Of a DNA stretch of 64,000 nucleotides, positions 25,309-37,862 are shown piece by piece. The notes beneath the pieces were generated by a model, which was given only the letters and a program-made list of their open reading frames with translations, was not told the DNA's origin and searched no databases. The DNA comes from Octopus bimaculoides (lineage: Eukaryota), in assembly GCF_001194135.2 (NCBI RefSeq), contig NC_068992.1, forward strand, positions 5,581,283 through 5,645,282, in the 5' to 3' direction. Within the stretch, counting starts at the first letter, position 1. Every line of letters starts with the position of its first letter. Made by a program: the position numbers and the translations under genes.

Positions 25309-27192
25309 ATTTTCAAACCTAACGGAAAATTAGGACGTAGAATGTAACATGACATTCAGAAAATGCTAAGCAATGTAATATATCTGTAAGCTTTGTCTTT
25401 CAACTCTACAAAATCTTCCTCATTAATGTTATACAGAATATCTTAGGCGTATCTAATATCAAATTCGTAAAAGTAGTCATTGAAATCTCTATGCGATGAT
25501 ATGACTCCAAATTTAAACAAACCACTAGTTTCTTTGCAGCGCAAGATTAATTTCCTTCCTTTTAATATTTTGTTTTTACTATAAGCTTCTTTATCATTAT
25601 CTATGGAAGATTTTCGGTACGTTAACACATTCTAACTAGAAACTGACACGACTATATGTAGTTAATATTCTTGTAAGTCAAAAGTGAAAATGGACCAAAT
25701 TTCCTATGCACTGAAATCAACTTATATGAAAAGATTTTAAAGAGAATCAGACAGAGGAAAAAATGTTGTTAAACAGCACATGAAATATTAAAGACTATGA
25801 ATGGTTGTTCATTTATCATAGACCAAACGTAGGATTTCATTATTAGTGTGATCAAACAATTGCATTCTAGAACTATGATTCTCGGTCAGTGGAATGAATG
25901 ATGTGTGATGACCTAACCTAATCTTTTTGATTCGCAATTATTGATCTCAGGGAAATCTATGCCTTCTGATTAGCGAGAGATGGTTTACTAAAGTTCACCC
26001 CAATGCTATCGCAAAGCCATCAGCAACAATTGCGTAGCTTGCTATCTAATACCCGAAATTTCTCTATTAAGCGAATCGATATGGCATTTTGAGTTTGAGT
26101 GAAAAGAAATAGATTCTGATACACAGTACAATAATTATATTGCAGCCAGCCCGATCTTCAACAAGAACAGTGACCAATCACAAGCATTGAACTACTGAAG
26201 AATTTCACTGCGATATTATTCAGAAGCCAGTACAATATGGCTGTTCGAATTCCTGGAACTTGTCTAGGAGGCATTTTTGAAATTACCACTCCCTATATAT
26301 GTGAGTGTGTGTGTATATGAGTGTGCGGGATGTGTGTACGTCTGTATATATGTATCAATTCCTTAAATAAATATATCGCAAGAAATATGTCTGTCTGTCT
26401 ATGTCCCTCCCTCTCTCTCTCCTCAACTACACCTATGTCGCCTGAGATACACCAACCGGCACATTAATCTAAGTTAAGTTGATCACACTTAATTTCAAGT
26501 TAATATCATTGTTTGTATGAAATTTTGTAATGACTAAAATAATTATAATATGGAGACATTTGCTGTGTCAAAAATATCATTTTAAATGAGTTCACGACTT
26601 TTTATAACAAATTTCAATTGTGGGTTACACAGGCAATGTAATGATCACAATGATTTGAAAATAGTGAGCGTGACTGTGTAAAGATTACAGTGATTTAAAT
26701 GTGCCAATGATAATCAAAAGACGATTCTATGGTATTTCCTTGAAACAGCAGTTAAAATATTCCCGTATGAGAGAAATACACAGCAATGCAAAAAGAAAAT
26801 TAGAAAAGCATTAGTAAAGTGTGCATATATAAATATTTACTTAAGCTAACGAATACAAAGGAGAAGAATTACCAGCAGTTGCTCAGTAAGTAAGTAGGTA
26901 GGTAGGTAGGCAGGTTGTTGGAGGGGTGTGTAGTTAGACAGGTGGGTGTGTAGATATATGTGGAGTTATGTGCCTGAATCTTACATATGTTTAAGTATAT
27001 AAAGAAAGATATACGCTGGGTTAGAAATTAGAAGCGGAAGTAAGTATTGAAAATCCGATAAAGAAAATGTGTGTCTATATATCTATGTGCGTAGAGAAAT
27101 GAAAGTGTATGTATGCATATGTCCACAGTAGGGTGTACACATACACCAGATATATATGTGTGTGAGTGTGTGTTTGTGTGTGTAAGTGTGTA

Positions 27193-27230
<38 letters not shown>

Positions 27231-27537
27231 TGTGTGCGTGTGTGTATGTGTGTAGGAGGTAAATATGTGTTTGTACGAATAAAACAAATTATTGGACATA
27301 TGTATGTAAAGATGTGTGGGCGAATAAATCTCTACGCAAGATAAGAATCTTATTAAGTGGTGACAATGGGTCATTTGAAAGAAAACAGCTACAGACTAAA
27401 GACTGAATATAATTCTAGTCCATGGCTTGAGACTAGACGAGAGAAGCTTATAATGAAATGGAAAGAGAGATTATTTTTATATACATTGATAAATTCTTTT
27501 GTTTAGCTCCCATTAATATCCACACACACATGCACGC

Positions 27538-27598
<61 letters not shown>

Positions 27599-27766
27599 NN
27601 NNNNNNNNNNNNNNNNNNNNNNNNNNNNNNNNNNNNNNNNNNNNNNNNNNNNNNNNNNNNNNNNNNNNNNNNNNNNNNNNNNNNNNNNNNNNNNNNNNNN
27701 NNNNNNNNNNNNNNNNNNNNNNNNNNNNNNNNNNNNNNNNNNNNNNNNNNNNNNNNNNNNNNNNNN

Positions 27767-27873
<107 letters not shown>

Positions 27874-27932
27874 ATTATTAAAATAACAGGGAATAATTTG
27901 AAGTCTTACAGCATACCTTTAATTCTTCTAAT

Positions 27933-28018
27933 AGACCTACATGTGTTTCAGCTGCAGCGATTTGTTATCGTTGCAATGGCAAATCTGTTATAAAACTGGT
28001 GAAGCTTCTTCAGGGTCT
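27933..28018 (-). ncRNA. type I hammerhead ribozyme motif, PLE-associated
   Basis: Minus strand: AGACC-CUGAAGA-AGCU-(long loop containing a GAUUUG/CAAAUC helix)-AGCU-GAA-ACA-CA-UGU-A/GGUCU. All core nucleotides are present, stem I is AGACC:GGUCU, and the cleavage triplet is GUA. Confidence 0.75.
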
Positions 28019-28192
28019 TTACTTAGTATCCTTCAATTTAACTGTTTAAATGTTTTCGTGTATCTATTTTGTGTTGTATGACATATAGTTGTCCGTTAAG
28101 TTAGACACGCACAATCTCTATTTGAAGTGTTCATTGTATAATTACTTATAGTCAATGATTCCTAACCATTCTGTTGCTTAAATGTTTATTAT

Positions 28193-28681
28193 TCATTTAT
28201 ACAGGGCAAATGTGAATTTCCTCATGTGCAAGCATCTCAAAGATTGTTCATGTCTAGAATTTATTACATTACACTTGGATGTAAAAATCTGGTAAGCTTC
28301 TTCTAAACATAAGTCAAATTCTTTAGTTCCAGATCTGTCTGGTTTTGCGGTACAAATGAATCCCCAATTCATATTATAGTATTTGATTCCCTCGTTAATA
28401 GACCAATTTAATTTCCTGAGACTTGTTTGGAATCTTTCAGTCTTATCCCTAAATGAACTCAAGTGATTTGATTGTCTTCACCTGAAAACTAATGGTGTCC
28501 CACTCATGTAACAATATCCGTTGCCCTCAGATTTAACTTTGCATCTATAAATTACATTTTTAGACTTATTTTTCACCCATGATTCCCCTTTAAAACAATT
28601 ACAAAGATAACATTTATTTCTCTCAGATTTTGTTTTAATTTTATCATTTATGGTAGAATCAACTACATTTCCGCGAAGTTC
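28193..28681 (-). mobile_element. Penelope-like element C-terminal GIY-YIG endonuclease fragment with one in-frame stop
   Basis: Frame: ...NKCYLCNCFKG...KNVIYRCKVKSEGNGYCYMSGTPLVFR*RQSNHLSSFR...NWSI...W...AKP..GTKEFDLCLEEAYQI...NSRHEQSLRCLHMRKF. It shows CxC, VIY..Y.G, R..NH..SF, LCL.E and C.H.RKF motifs of PLE endonucleases. Confidence 0.8.
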
Positions 28682-28869
28682 TTTCTTACTACTTCCTCAT
28701 TTAGATAACGTTATCTTTGTTGTGATTCTAGTTGAATTTTTATTCGATTAATCGTTATTAAGCTTGTTTTCCTTTCAGCGAATTTTAAATTCTTAGCCTT
28801 CTATTCTGTTCCAGTTATGTATTCTCTTTGACATTATTATGTCTAATATTTACAATGCAACTCTGATTA

Positions 28870-29835
28870 TAATAGAAGACTATCGAAATTTCGAAAGAGC
28901 TAACACCATGTATTGTATAATTTATGCAACATTTTTACTAAGACAATAAGCCATGCGAAGAGGAACAGTTCTCACTTTAAGATGCTATATACTTTGCATT
29001 TCAATTTATTTACATAATTTGTCGAATTCCTTTACAAATATATTTTCATCAGTGGGAAAACTTACATCTATTACTCTACATGTATTTTGTTCATTGTCTT
29101 CCATAACTGTGTCTGCTCAATTAAGTTGTATCGTTCTGTCAGTGTTGATTGGAATATTCCATCTTATAGTGACATTTTTCATTCAACGACTGGCTCAGGA
29201 TAATGTTCATATTAGTAAGCAGGATGCTGGTTTTGTAGCGTTTACTTATTATCCAATGTAAATACTGTCCTACCTTGTTGTGGCGATTTTTGTATTTGTT
29301 TGGTGTCAACACAGGACATCTCGAGAAGAGATGGTCTATTGTTTCGTCAGCTGCGTCGCAGAATCTCCATTAACGGTCAGAACAGTTTTGAAGAACGTTA
29401 GCCCGGTAGTCTTTGGTAACTAAGCTTTGAAATGATGCCGCCAATATGAAACCTTCAGTCTCTACATTCAGTCCTGAACTTTTCAGCTACTGCTGGGTTG
29501 TTGCTTGGTCTACATCCGCATTTCGACTGTGAAGTGTATGCAGTCTATTCAGAGACTTTTGGCTCCACCGCTCCTCAATTTGTTTCTGCCCGTTCTTTCT
29601 GCAGTCTGCTTGATCCATTTTGCTTTTTTTGTGGCAGTGGTTTCTGGTTCTTTATCTAATTCAGGTTTAATACCATTATCCCTTGCGAATTTGAAAGCTT
29701 CCTTGACAATATAATTTGATTTTTTGCGGCTTTCATGTTTGCACACAGGTCCTCTGTATTAGATAACTACCTGCTCATTGCTATAATGGAGGCCTTATAG
29801 CAAAGTTCTCACTGCATCACTCCTCTTCCACCATT
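28870..29835 (-). mobile_element. R4/Dong-clade LINE 3' fragment (CCHC knuckle plus restriction-like endonuclease), degenerate
   Basis: Minus strand: GGRG...LKSSGLNVETEGFILAA..QSLVTKDY...RFCDAADETIDHLFSRCP...RHNKVGQYLHW...NVTIRWNIPINTDRTI...CRVIDVSFPTDENIFVKEFDKL. Several stops and frameshifts. Confidence 0.88.
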
Positions 29836-29840
29836 ACTTA

Positions 29841-29947
<107 letters not shown>

Positions 29948-30537
29948 GTTGTTGTTACTGCGTTGTATACGAGCTAGTCCAACTCTCCTCAAGAGTAGAA
30001 AAGGATTTTCACATTCTATGTACGAAAATATATTGCTTGTAGTTGAATTTTCTTCTGTTTTTATTCACATTATATATGGCCAATAATGAGCGTCAGGGAA
30101 TGGTGTAATACAATTCGTCAGTATTGATTTAGCATATATGGTTGTGTATGTATGTATGTATGATTGTATGTATGTATTTATGTGTGTATGCAGGAATGTA
30201 CGTATGTATATAAGTTTGTATGAAGATATAGTTTCTTGTTAGATTCATATATACTAATTCAGTTTTATAATTAGATCTTTTAGTAAGTACTACATATCGT
30301 ATCAGACATTCTGGAGATGGATATTGCATATTGACTAAATTTCACATGAGATATTTCATAATACACAAATGTGTAACTGTATTTCAGGAAAGAAGCATCA
30401 CTAAACTCATACATCATTCTCCTCACTAGTGCTAAGAAATTTATATTTTCATTACATATGTAATCCTTTTGATTAACAATTTTTTCGTGCATCACGTTAA
30501 TTACGGTACCACGTAGCGAAATATAATTCTGCAAATA

Positions 30538-31829
30538 TTGGGTTGGCAACTAAGTTCCCACCGTTTTTCTAAATTTTGGAATTTATTGAGTTTTTAAATT
30601 TTGAAATCTACCTTTTGTTTCGAGAATTCTATTCTTGAATCATTTTGGAATCTATTTTGTTTCTTTTTCTAATTAATTTAAGTTAATTTTCGGTTATTTT
30701 CCGATAATTAAAATGGAACGTCAAGTTAAAAAAAAAAACTGCATTTTCGACACCTCTTTTTTTTACATTTAATCAAGGTTCTAAGACCGCGAAGCTGCTC
30801 GCACCATTTGTGCTTTGAATGGAGAAGGTGCCATAGATGAAAGATCGTCTCGTGATTGGTATGCCAAGTTCAAAAATGGAAATTTTGACCTCAAAGACGA
30901 ACCTCATTCTGGCCGTCCAGTTGAGTTCGATGAAGAGTGTTAAACCAACTTTTGCACGAAAATTCTCATCAAACGACAAGGGAACTGGCAGACAAAATGG
31001 AATGCTCCCACACTGCTATAGAGAAGTATCTTCACTCGATAGGAAAGGTTCAGAAATATGGAGCATGGGTTCCGCATGCTTTAAGTGACAACAACGATCA
31101 ACGCGCCACTATCTCCGCTGGTTTGCTTGCTCCTCACCGCTCAATTCATGGACACAAGCAAAGATTCACTACCGAATCGTTACTGGCGAAAAACAAATGG
31201 TGCATTTACATCAATATGAAGTAGCGTAAGGAATGGCTTAGCCCCGGCAAACAAGTGATACCGCGCGTGAAACAAGATCTTCATCCGCGTGAAACGATGT
31301 TGTGCGTATAGTGGGACTGGGAAGGGATTATCCATTACGAATTGCTTGAACGAAACCAAGCGGTTAACGTGGAACTCTATGTTCAACAGATGGAACGACT
31401 CAACATGGCTATTCAAGAGAAAAGGCCTAATCGGCAGCATGGAGTTCTTTTCCTGCACGACAGCGCCCGCCCTCATATCATGAATATGATCAAGGAAGCT
31501 ATTGAAATGCATGGCTGGGAAATGCTGCCACACCAACCGTACTCTCCTGATTTGGCACCAATGGATTTCCAACTCTTTCGATCTCTTTCAAATGCTCTGC
31601 GTGGAGTTTCGTTCAATACTGATGCAGAACTAAAACCTTGGTTGGATCAATTTTTGGAGTCGAAATCGGATGATTTCTACCAACGAGGTATTGAAAATCT
31701 TGATGAACGTTGCGAAGAAGTTGTAAACAACAAGGGTGAATACATTATTTATGAATTAGTTGTTTTATTATTAAACCTTCTAAAAAATGTAGATTAAAAA
31801 AAAACACGTGAACTTAGTTACCAATCCAA
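30538..31829 (+). mobile_element. mariner (Tc1/mariner, DD34D) DNA transposon, full length with TIRs, defective
   Basis: Left end TA|TTGGGTTGGCAACTAAGTTC; right end GAACTTAGTTACCAATCCAA|TG (imperfect TIR, right TSD mutated). About 1.29 kb, with a transposase pseudogene inside. Confidence 0.93.
30713..31797 (+). pseudogene. mariner transposase pseudogene
   Basis: ATG at 30713, HTH region (SGRPVEFDEE), WVPHAL, RIVTG(DEKW frameshifted), LHDSARPH...YSPDLAPMD with exactly 34 residues between the last two Asp. Frameshifts and in-frame stops split it into the track ORFs 30837, 30937, 31289 and 31342. Confidence 0.92.
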
Positions 31830-32359
31830 TGGATTAGAATATCACTTATATTGGGCTTATACCCAAAGAAAGGTTTATGTGTCCTGCACTTATCTTCACA
31901 AAAATTGTACAAATTGCTACACTTTAATAATCCAGGGAAACCTAATAAATGTAATGTCCTAGTTACTCATACAGTCACTCAGCATTAATGCATTCCGCAA
32001 CTTAACGCATATATCATAAAATGAATTATTGAATTTCGAGGAACAGCTGTCACCAATCTTTCGCTGTAAAATATTGGGGGCAACCTGTCAATAAAAAAAA
32101 GTGGTGATGAATTCTCTGGCAATTAATAGTTAAAATTGTTCATTGACTGATTACGTCGCATTTGGGAAAAAATCAATAATTTACTTTCTAATCGAAGATT
32201 ATAAATGAACATTAATTAAATATTTTGTTAATAGTTCCATAACTCCAGAAACTAATTATTTTTTTTCTTGTTAAGCATATATGAGTGCATTTGTGCATGT
32301 ATATATAATTGTATTTCTTCTCATACTGATCATCTGTCATTGAGGTAGAAGTGCATGCA

Positions 32360-32520
32360 TGAGATAAGTGACCCTAGGCTAAAATCAGCTTCAAGTGACT
32401 AATTATGTAATCGAACCTGGATGGATGAAAAGCGAAGTCGATGTAGGTTGGAGAAACTATTTAAAACAAGAACCTAAACTGGCGCAGAAACATTACGTTT
32501 CGCATTAATTCCATCGCTTT
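32360..32520 (-). mobile_element. degenerate SINE family B remnant
   Basis: TCGAACCTGGATGGATGAAAAGCGAAGTCGA resembles the reverse complement of GTCGACTTTGCCCTTCATTCTTTCGAGGTCGA in the 37647 copy. Confidence 0.45.
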
Positions 32521-33699
32521 ATTAATTCTGCAATTTCAATATTGTACTCGTAATGACAATGAAACTGGCACTCTTATCAATTTTAATGGATACTGATGGA
32601 CGTGTAGTTTCAATTTCTTATGAGGAAGTTCAAGTTAGTTATATATGTTACTAGACAGGCCGTCATTTCATTCATTGCAACAGTATCAACCTTATTTAAA
32701 TTCTCTCGACAGCGGACTGGGTGAACGCAATCTTGAATATAATATCATAACGCAAAGGCAGTCACATGACATCCAGGGCGTTCGAACGTAATGTCTCTTC
32801 AATTTTAGGTGAATGTTCTCCCTATACCTAAGCGTGCATATCCAGCTCAAATAAGTGCAAAACGTTTATACAGTCGCATAAACAAATATTGTTACTCTTA
32901 TAAAAAGTATATCTCTTCATGTGATAACATTTTTTTTGCATATAAACAACATTTATAAGCTTAATTGCCAGCAACTTTGAAGCAGAAGCTCTTTTCTCCT
33001 GTGCAGGGTTTATATGTCTATGACTGAAACTATAGATGACAAATATTTCACATTTTGTTACTATCAACATTTTCCTGTTCAGTCTCTCTTTATCCTGAAT
33101 ACGTGAGAGACGACAAAAAGTATTTACATTCGTTGCAAGACTAGAATAACTGGAGATTTCTGTAACTTCATTTCTAACTGAGCCTTAGTCAAAAGTGCTC
33201 CAACCCTGACTCACATCTCAACATAATATATTTTCCGAATTGTCATAATTACTACAGTGCCATTACATATCCAAGGTTGGAAAGGTTTGTATCTTGTGCT
33301 ACGCTACAACAAAAAGCAATGTAAATGCGTGACAGTTCGCAGCGGACAGTCCTATGATAAATGACGTTTCAACATTGAGCATCAATTTTCTATGTCGTCT
33401 GAGTGAATATATTTCAATACCTAATGTAATTCAAGATTGGTTTCCATGGTGTTCTCTCTAGCAACTGAAATAATGTTTTGCATATTAACATGTTGGGTTG
33501 GAAAACGCTATGTGAATTGACGAAATATAGAAAGAAAATATCAGACAGTTATGTATTCATTAAGTCATATTTCCAGAGGAAGGAATCGTAGGTTATTTTG
33601 TTCATCGCTGTAGAACAATTGGGGGATGCGTTTCTTACGGAACCTGTTTAAAGGCATTTGTAACGAATATGAAAATAACCTGATGGCTCGAATAGACTG

Positions 33700-34240
33700 C
33701 TGTGGAAAGATTAATCTTTGGCAAGTTTGGGGTTTAGCTTAAACCCACTCCGTGGTAGCTAGTTTATTCTTGTCGAAATTCTTAGTGCTTGGGCAAGCAC
33801 TCAGTCCAAGCTCTAAGACTGAGACATTGTCGGGCGAAAGTTTCAGTTTAGATAAATTTACGACCGTCTTATTTTCTAATGTGATGGTTTTCAGAGTCTT
33901 TTTCTCATTAGATTCATGACTACTTTTTTGGCTTTGGTCGAAGTCTTCGCATAAAGCACGTAACCTATTGGGTGATAGAATTGTTTTAAATTTTTATGTG
34001 TGAAGTTATAATTTTTAGTCGTCTTTCTAGGGGTAATCAATTTCTGGGTGGGTGATAGAAAGTGAGTGACTTCTGTGGTTTTTGTAGACGTTTGAAAAAC
34101 CTTTACTTTCGGGAAAGGAACACATTTATTGTTTTCGACGCAAAATCTTAAATGTGCTCATATTTTTGACTGATTAAATAGAAGCTTCTCTGGAGTGTTT
34201 CCGAAGACCAGTCCAAATGCATACGCCAGGGCGAAAAGGT
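33700..34240 (-). mobile_element. Penelope-like element ORF N-terminal fragment
   Basis: Minus-strand peptide ...ENKTVVNLSKLKLSPDNVSVLELGLSACPSTKNFDKNKLA matches the PLE motif VINLS..L...E..VL..GL.F.P. Confidence 0.65.
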
Positions 34241-34246
34241 CACAAT

Positions 34247-34449
34247 CATATGCGCCAACTTGGGGATTAATTATATGAAATTGTTGAATTGTAGGAATAA
34301 TGTTTGTTTGTGGTGAATACTACGTTGTTATTTGTACTATTAGTTCCTGCAAAATTGGCAAGTTCAAACAAGGTTGTATTCACCACAAACAAACATTATT
34401 CCTACAATTCAACAAGTTCATATAATTAATCCCCAAGTTGGCGCATATG
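34247..34449. repeat. 74-bp inverted repeat (73/74 match) with a 55-bp spacer
   Basis: Arms 34247-34320 and 34376-34449 are reverse complements with one mismatch. Confidence 0.95.
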
Positions 34450-36899
34450 TTGGCAAGTTCAAACTGTCATAAATATAAACATTTCCGAAATAATTGCTTG
34501 ACAAAACAAAACGATTATTCCTGGTATGATGAATGAACCGTATGCGGTGTGGATTGTATGTTAGATATTCCGTGTGAGAAAAAAATGGTTAGTTGTATTG
34601 AAATTTCTGCAAAATTTTCCGCTACGATTTTCAACCCGGCGTCAATGAGTTTATTACATATTTGTCCTGAAAGTAAAAACTTCTCCTCATATTTCAAAGC
34701 AAATCTTCTCAACCAAAATGTTTCTTTGCCTACTGGCTCAGGGAAATGGCAAATCAACTTTTTCAGCTTCTTTTCTTTTTTTTTTTTGTCTTCAGGGCCG
34801 AAATTTCCCTTTTTTTTTCTTTTTTTCAAAGTTCACCCAAAGACTTCAAAGTGGAAAACATCAGTACACTTGAATGCCGTACAGAAAATAAAGATTTGAA
34901 AATCACAATCTGTATCAATTTAAGAATAGAAATGTAATTTAATAGAATATTCCATTGGTTGATAATTCTTATTTTAGTGTATACCCAGTACGTCGGCAAA
35001 AAAATCAATAAATGTTAACATAATCTACACAAAGCTGAACTTAGTGTAGAAATTAACTAAACATTCTACGCATTGCTTAAAACATGAAGAATTCATTTCA
35101 ATTTAGTTTTGAAATTGAAAATTCAATGTGTTCAGAATAACATGGCATGGCTTGCTTGTCGTTCTCATTACTGGTGCTTAGGTATTCTTCTTTTAGGAAA
35201 TGCTCGTTGATTATTGAACCATGTTCAGAATTATCATATAAGATTGATTGCACTATTCAAAATTATTTAGGGAAGATTCGGCAGCAACAAATATTAAAGA
35301 AATAAATTTTCTGAAAATTCCAGATAGGTTCAATAACATGCGTTAACTATATTTCACTCCGCAAAGCTATTAATGAAGGGAAAATACAATAGGAAGATTA
35401 ATGTTTAACTAATATATAATGGACACCCCTCGTATTTGTAATAGGGTGAGCGTCTAGAACAAACCTACTCGTTTGAGTGACTCAAAATGTTTTAACATAA
35501 AAATAAATAATATTCTACTTAGGAAGTTTATTATGATACGAGTAATTATATAATTAGAAAATGTGAAAACAGAAAAAACATAAATAGTGAAAGACATTAC
35601 GTTAAACATTTCTCACCCATTTTGGATTGCATGCAAAATAAATTTATTCACATACATTCTAGTGTTTTTGAGTGAATGTACATGAAAATAAATAGAAAAA
35701 TCTGAATACGTTCTTACTATGAAATCATCAAACATCGAAGCAGTGACATGAAACGTAAACAGAGAAACATATAATCATACACTTTCATAAACGCAATGTA
35801 ACTTGCATTTTTATATTGGCAATAATTACTTTATATAAAATTGAAGTGCAGCATGTAGAAACGACAAATATCACACTGCAAAGCTTTATTGACTTTCCTA
35901 AATGCAAGGAGCAAATTTACACACATGTTCACAGGAATATCAAGAGAAGTGTGAAGGAAAATTGTGAAGCGAAACTGGTGCTGTTCTTACAGTTACTTAA
36001 TCTTTTATGTGAATTGTTAGTGGATACGCCATCGATTTCGACAAATTTTCGCTCACCTATTCAATTAATATAATTGCAAGCCATAAGATTATCATGCTAC
36101 CTGCTCAGTATGCCACAGACACGAGCAGAGCATGGACAACGCAAATTACATACAAGGACATCGTGACACAATGAAAGATGTTTAAAGATAAAAAATGCAT
36201 ACCAAGAGGGATTTAGGGAGACATGGAAACAGGCACTAGTACCGGGATGATACTTTTTAAATAGACGTTTCATTTTATATTAAGAGGTATATTAGAACAC
36301 TAGTGTCGTTTTTTCAGTTTCATGAGGGGCTGTTCATTCGTTCAGTCTATTTGTAACGGAATATCGATTGCTATGGGACACTGTAACATCAGTGCGCACA
36401 TTTCCATATGGTATCATTGTTTACAAGAACCGACTTCATCTGTACTCAAAGTTTTGGAATTTTTGATTATATATCTTTTTCAAGTGTCTAATGTACTTCC
36501 TCGGCGCAACTAGATTGGAAGAACTTTTCGCATATATAAATCGTGATTAGATCTATTAAATTACGCTTTGATTGTATATAATACTTAAAAGAAACACACA
36601 TACACACACACACATATATATGCATATAAATCCATATATACCTCTCGAACACTTCAAATTTGGCATTCTGCAAACTCAATGACTACACATTAAAGAAAAG
36701 AAAAACATGCTTACGTATTGCGTAAAACCTGTTTCACAGACTACGAGCGCCTTTCGTTCAATGGATTCTTTGTTTCTAGGTAATTCGGAACAGCAAAGAT
36801 AAAACAGCCATTGCAAAATACAAAATATTTGTAGCTTCCAAAGATTTATGAATAATTGATAATGCATAATTTCATACTTTTGATCATTGTCATGTTATA

Positions 36900-37310
36900 C
36901 AATGTATATTTTAGATTTCAATAAATATTCTGTTGTGAATTTGTTGACAACTTTTTCTGAATCTCTCACTGTTTTTCTTTATATGATACATAGAACATTT
37001 CCAATAAGTCTTCTGATCATTCTTTGGTCGATAAAATAGGAATAAATCAAGTTATGCAGTCGATTCTTCATATCGCTGTAATGATACATGTCCTTGAGCT
37101 TATGATTGAGATCGATATATCCTATAATTCAATAAGCATTTTCATTACTAATTTCGAACTGCAAGTTGTATTTGTCCTTGTTCGTAGAATAGATTTTAAA
37201 GCGAAACACATTTGGCATTTGTTCCCAGTGTGTCGTATTTCATATCAACGATTCAAACAACACACGCGCAGTACAATATCCACTATCCGTCTTAATGCTA
37301 CCGAAATAAT
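36900..37310 (-). mobile_element. possible very degenerate PLE RT remnant
   Basis: Across frames: LNNYF..., LGT...NLFYEQ, YWK...QQIHNRIFIE. These loosely follow the NNYF / MGT / YW.RY.DD / H..I.F..E order. Confidence 0.3.
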
Positions 37311-37646
37311 TATTCAGTAGTGAAGAATTGAACATCTTTACGTTTTAGTATGCAATTTGTATCTAACCGCAAATTTAAATTTTAAATGTGTCAAGCCAGC
37401 AAAATGGCAGGTTCGTTAAGCACGACGGGCAAAATGCTCAGCGGTGTTTCATGTTTCTTTAATTCTTTCTTTACTTTCCAACCATTTGGGTATGATAACA
37501 TAGGTACCGATCTTACAGAAATAACCTCTTTCCCGAAATTTCTGGTTTTGTGCCAAAATTTGGAATCGGTATTAAATATCACAGGTGTCAATGCACATAT
37601 TTTTTTTACCAAAGAACAACAGATATGTCAATATGAACACTTTCAA

Positions 37647-37862
37647 GGCGGCGAGCTGGCAGAACCGTTATCATGCCGGGCGAAATGCTTATCGGTGTTT
37701 CGTCTGCCGCTACATTCTGAGTTCAAATTCCGCCGAGGTCGACTTTGCCCTTCATTCTTTCGAGGTCGATGAATTAAGTACTAGTTGCCTACTGAGGTCG
37801 ATCTAATCAACTGACGTCCTCTCCCAAAATGTCGAGCCCTGTCCCTCGATTAGAAATGAATA
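37647..37862 (+). mobile_element. tRNA-derived SINE, family B
   Basis: GGCGGCGAGCTGGCAGAACCGTTA...CTGAGTTCAAATTCCGCCGAGGTCGACTTTGCC...GTCGATGAATTAAGTAC. Has A/B-box-like motifs, with homologues at 5933, 32360 and 46060. Confidence 0.8.

Noticed and set aside
26145-26300. Possible plus-strand first coding exon (AG acceptor, ATG GCT GTT CGA..., GTGAGT donor)
   Set aside because: The donor lies within a TG/TA microsatellite-like run, the peptide is unrecognised and no partner exons were found.
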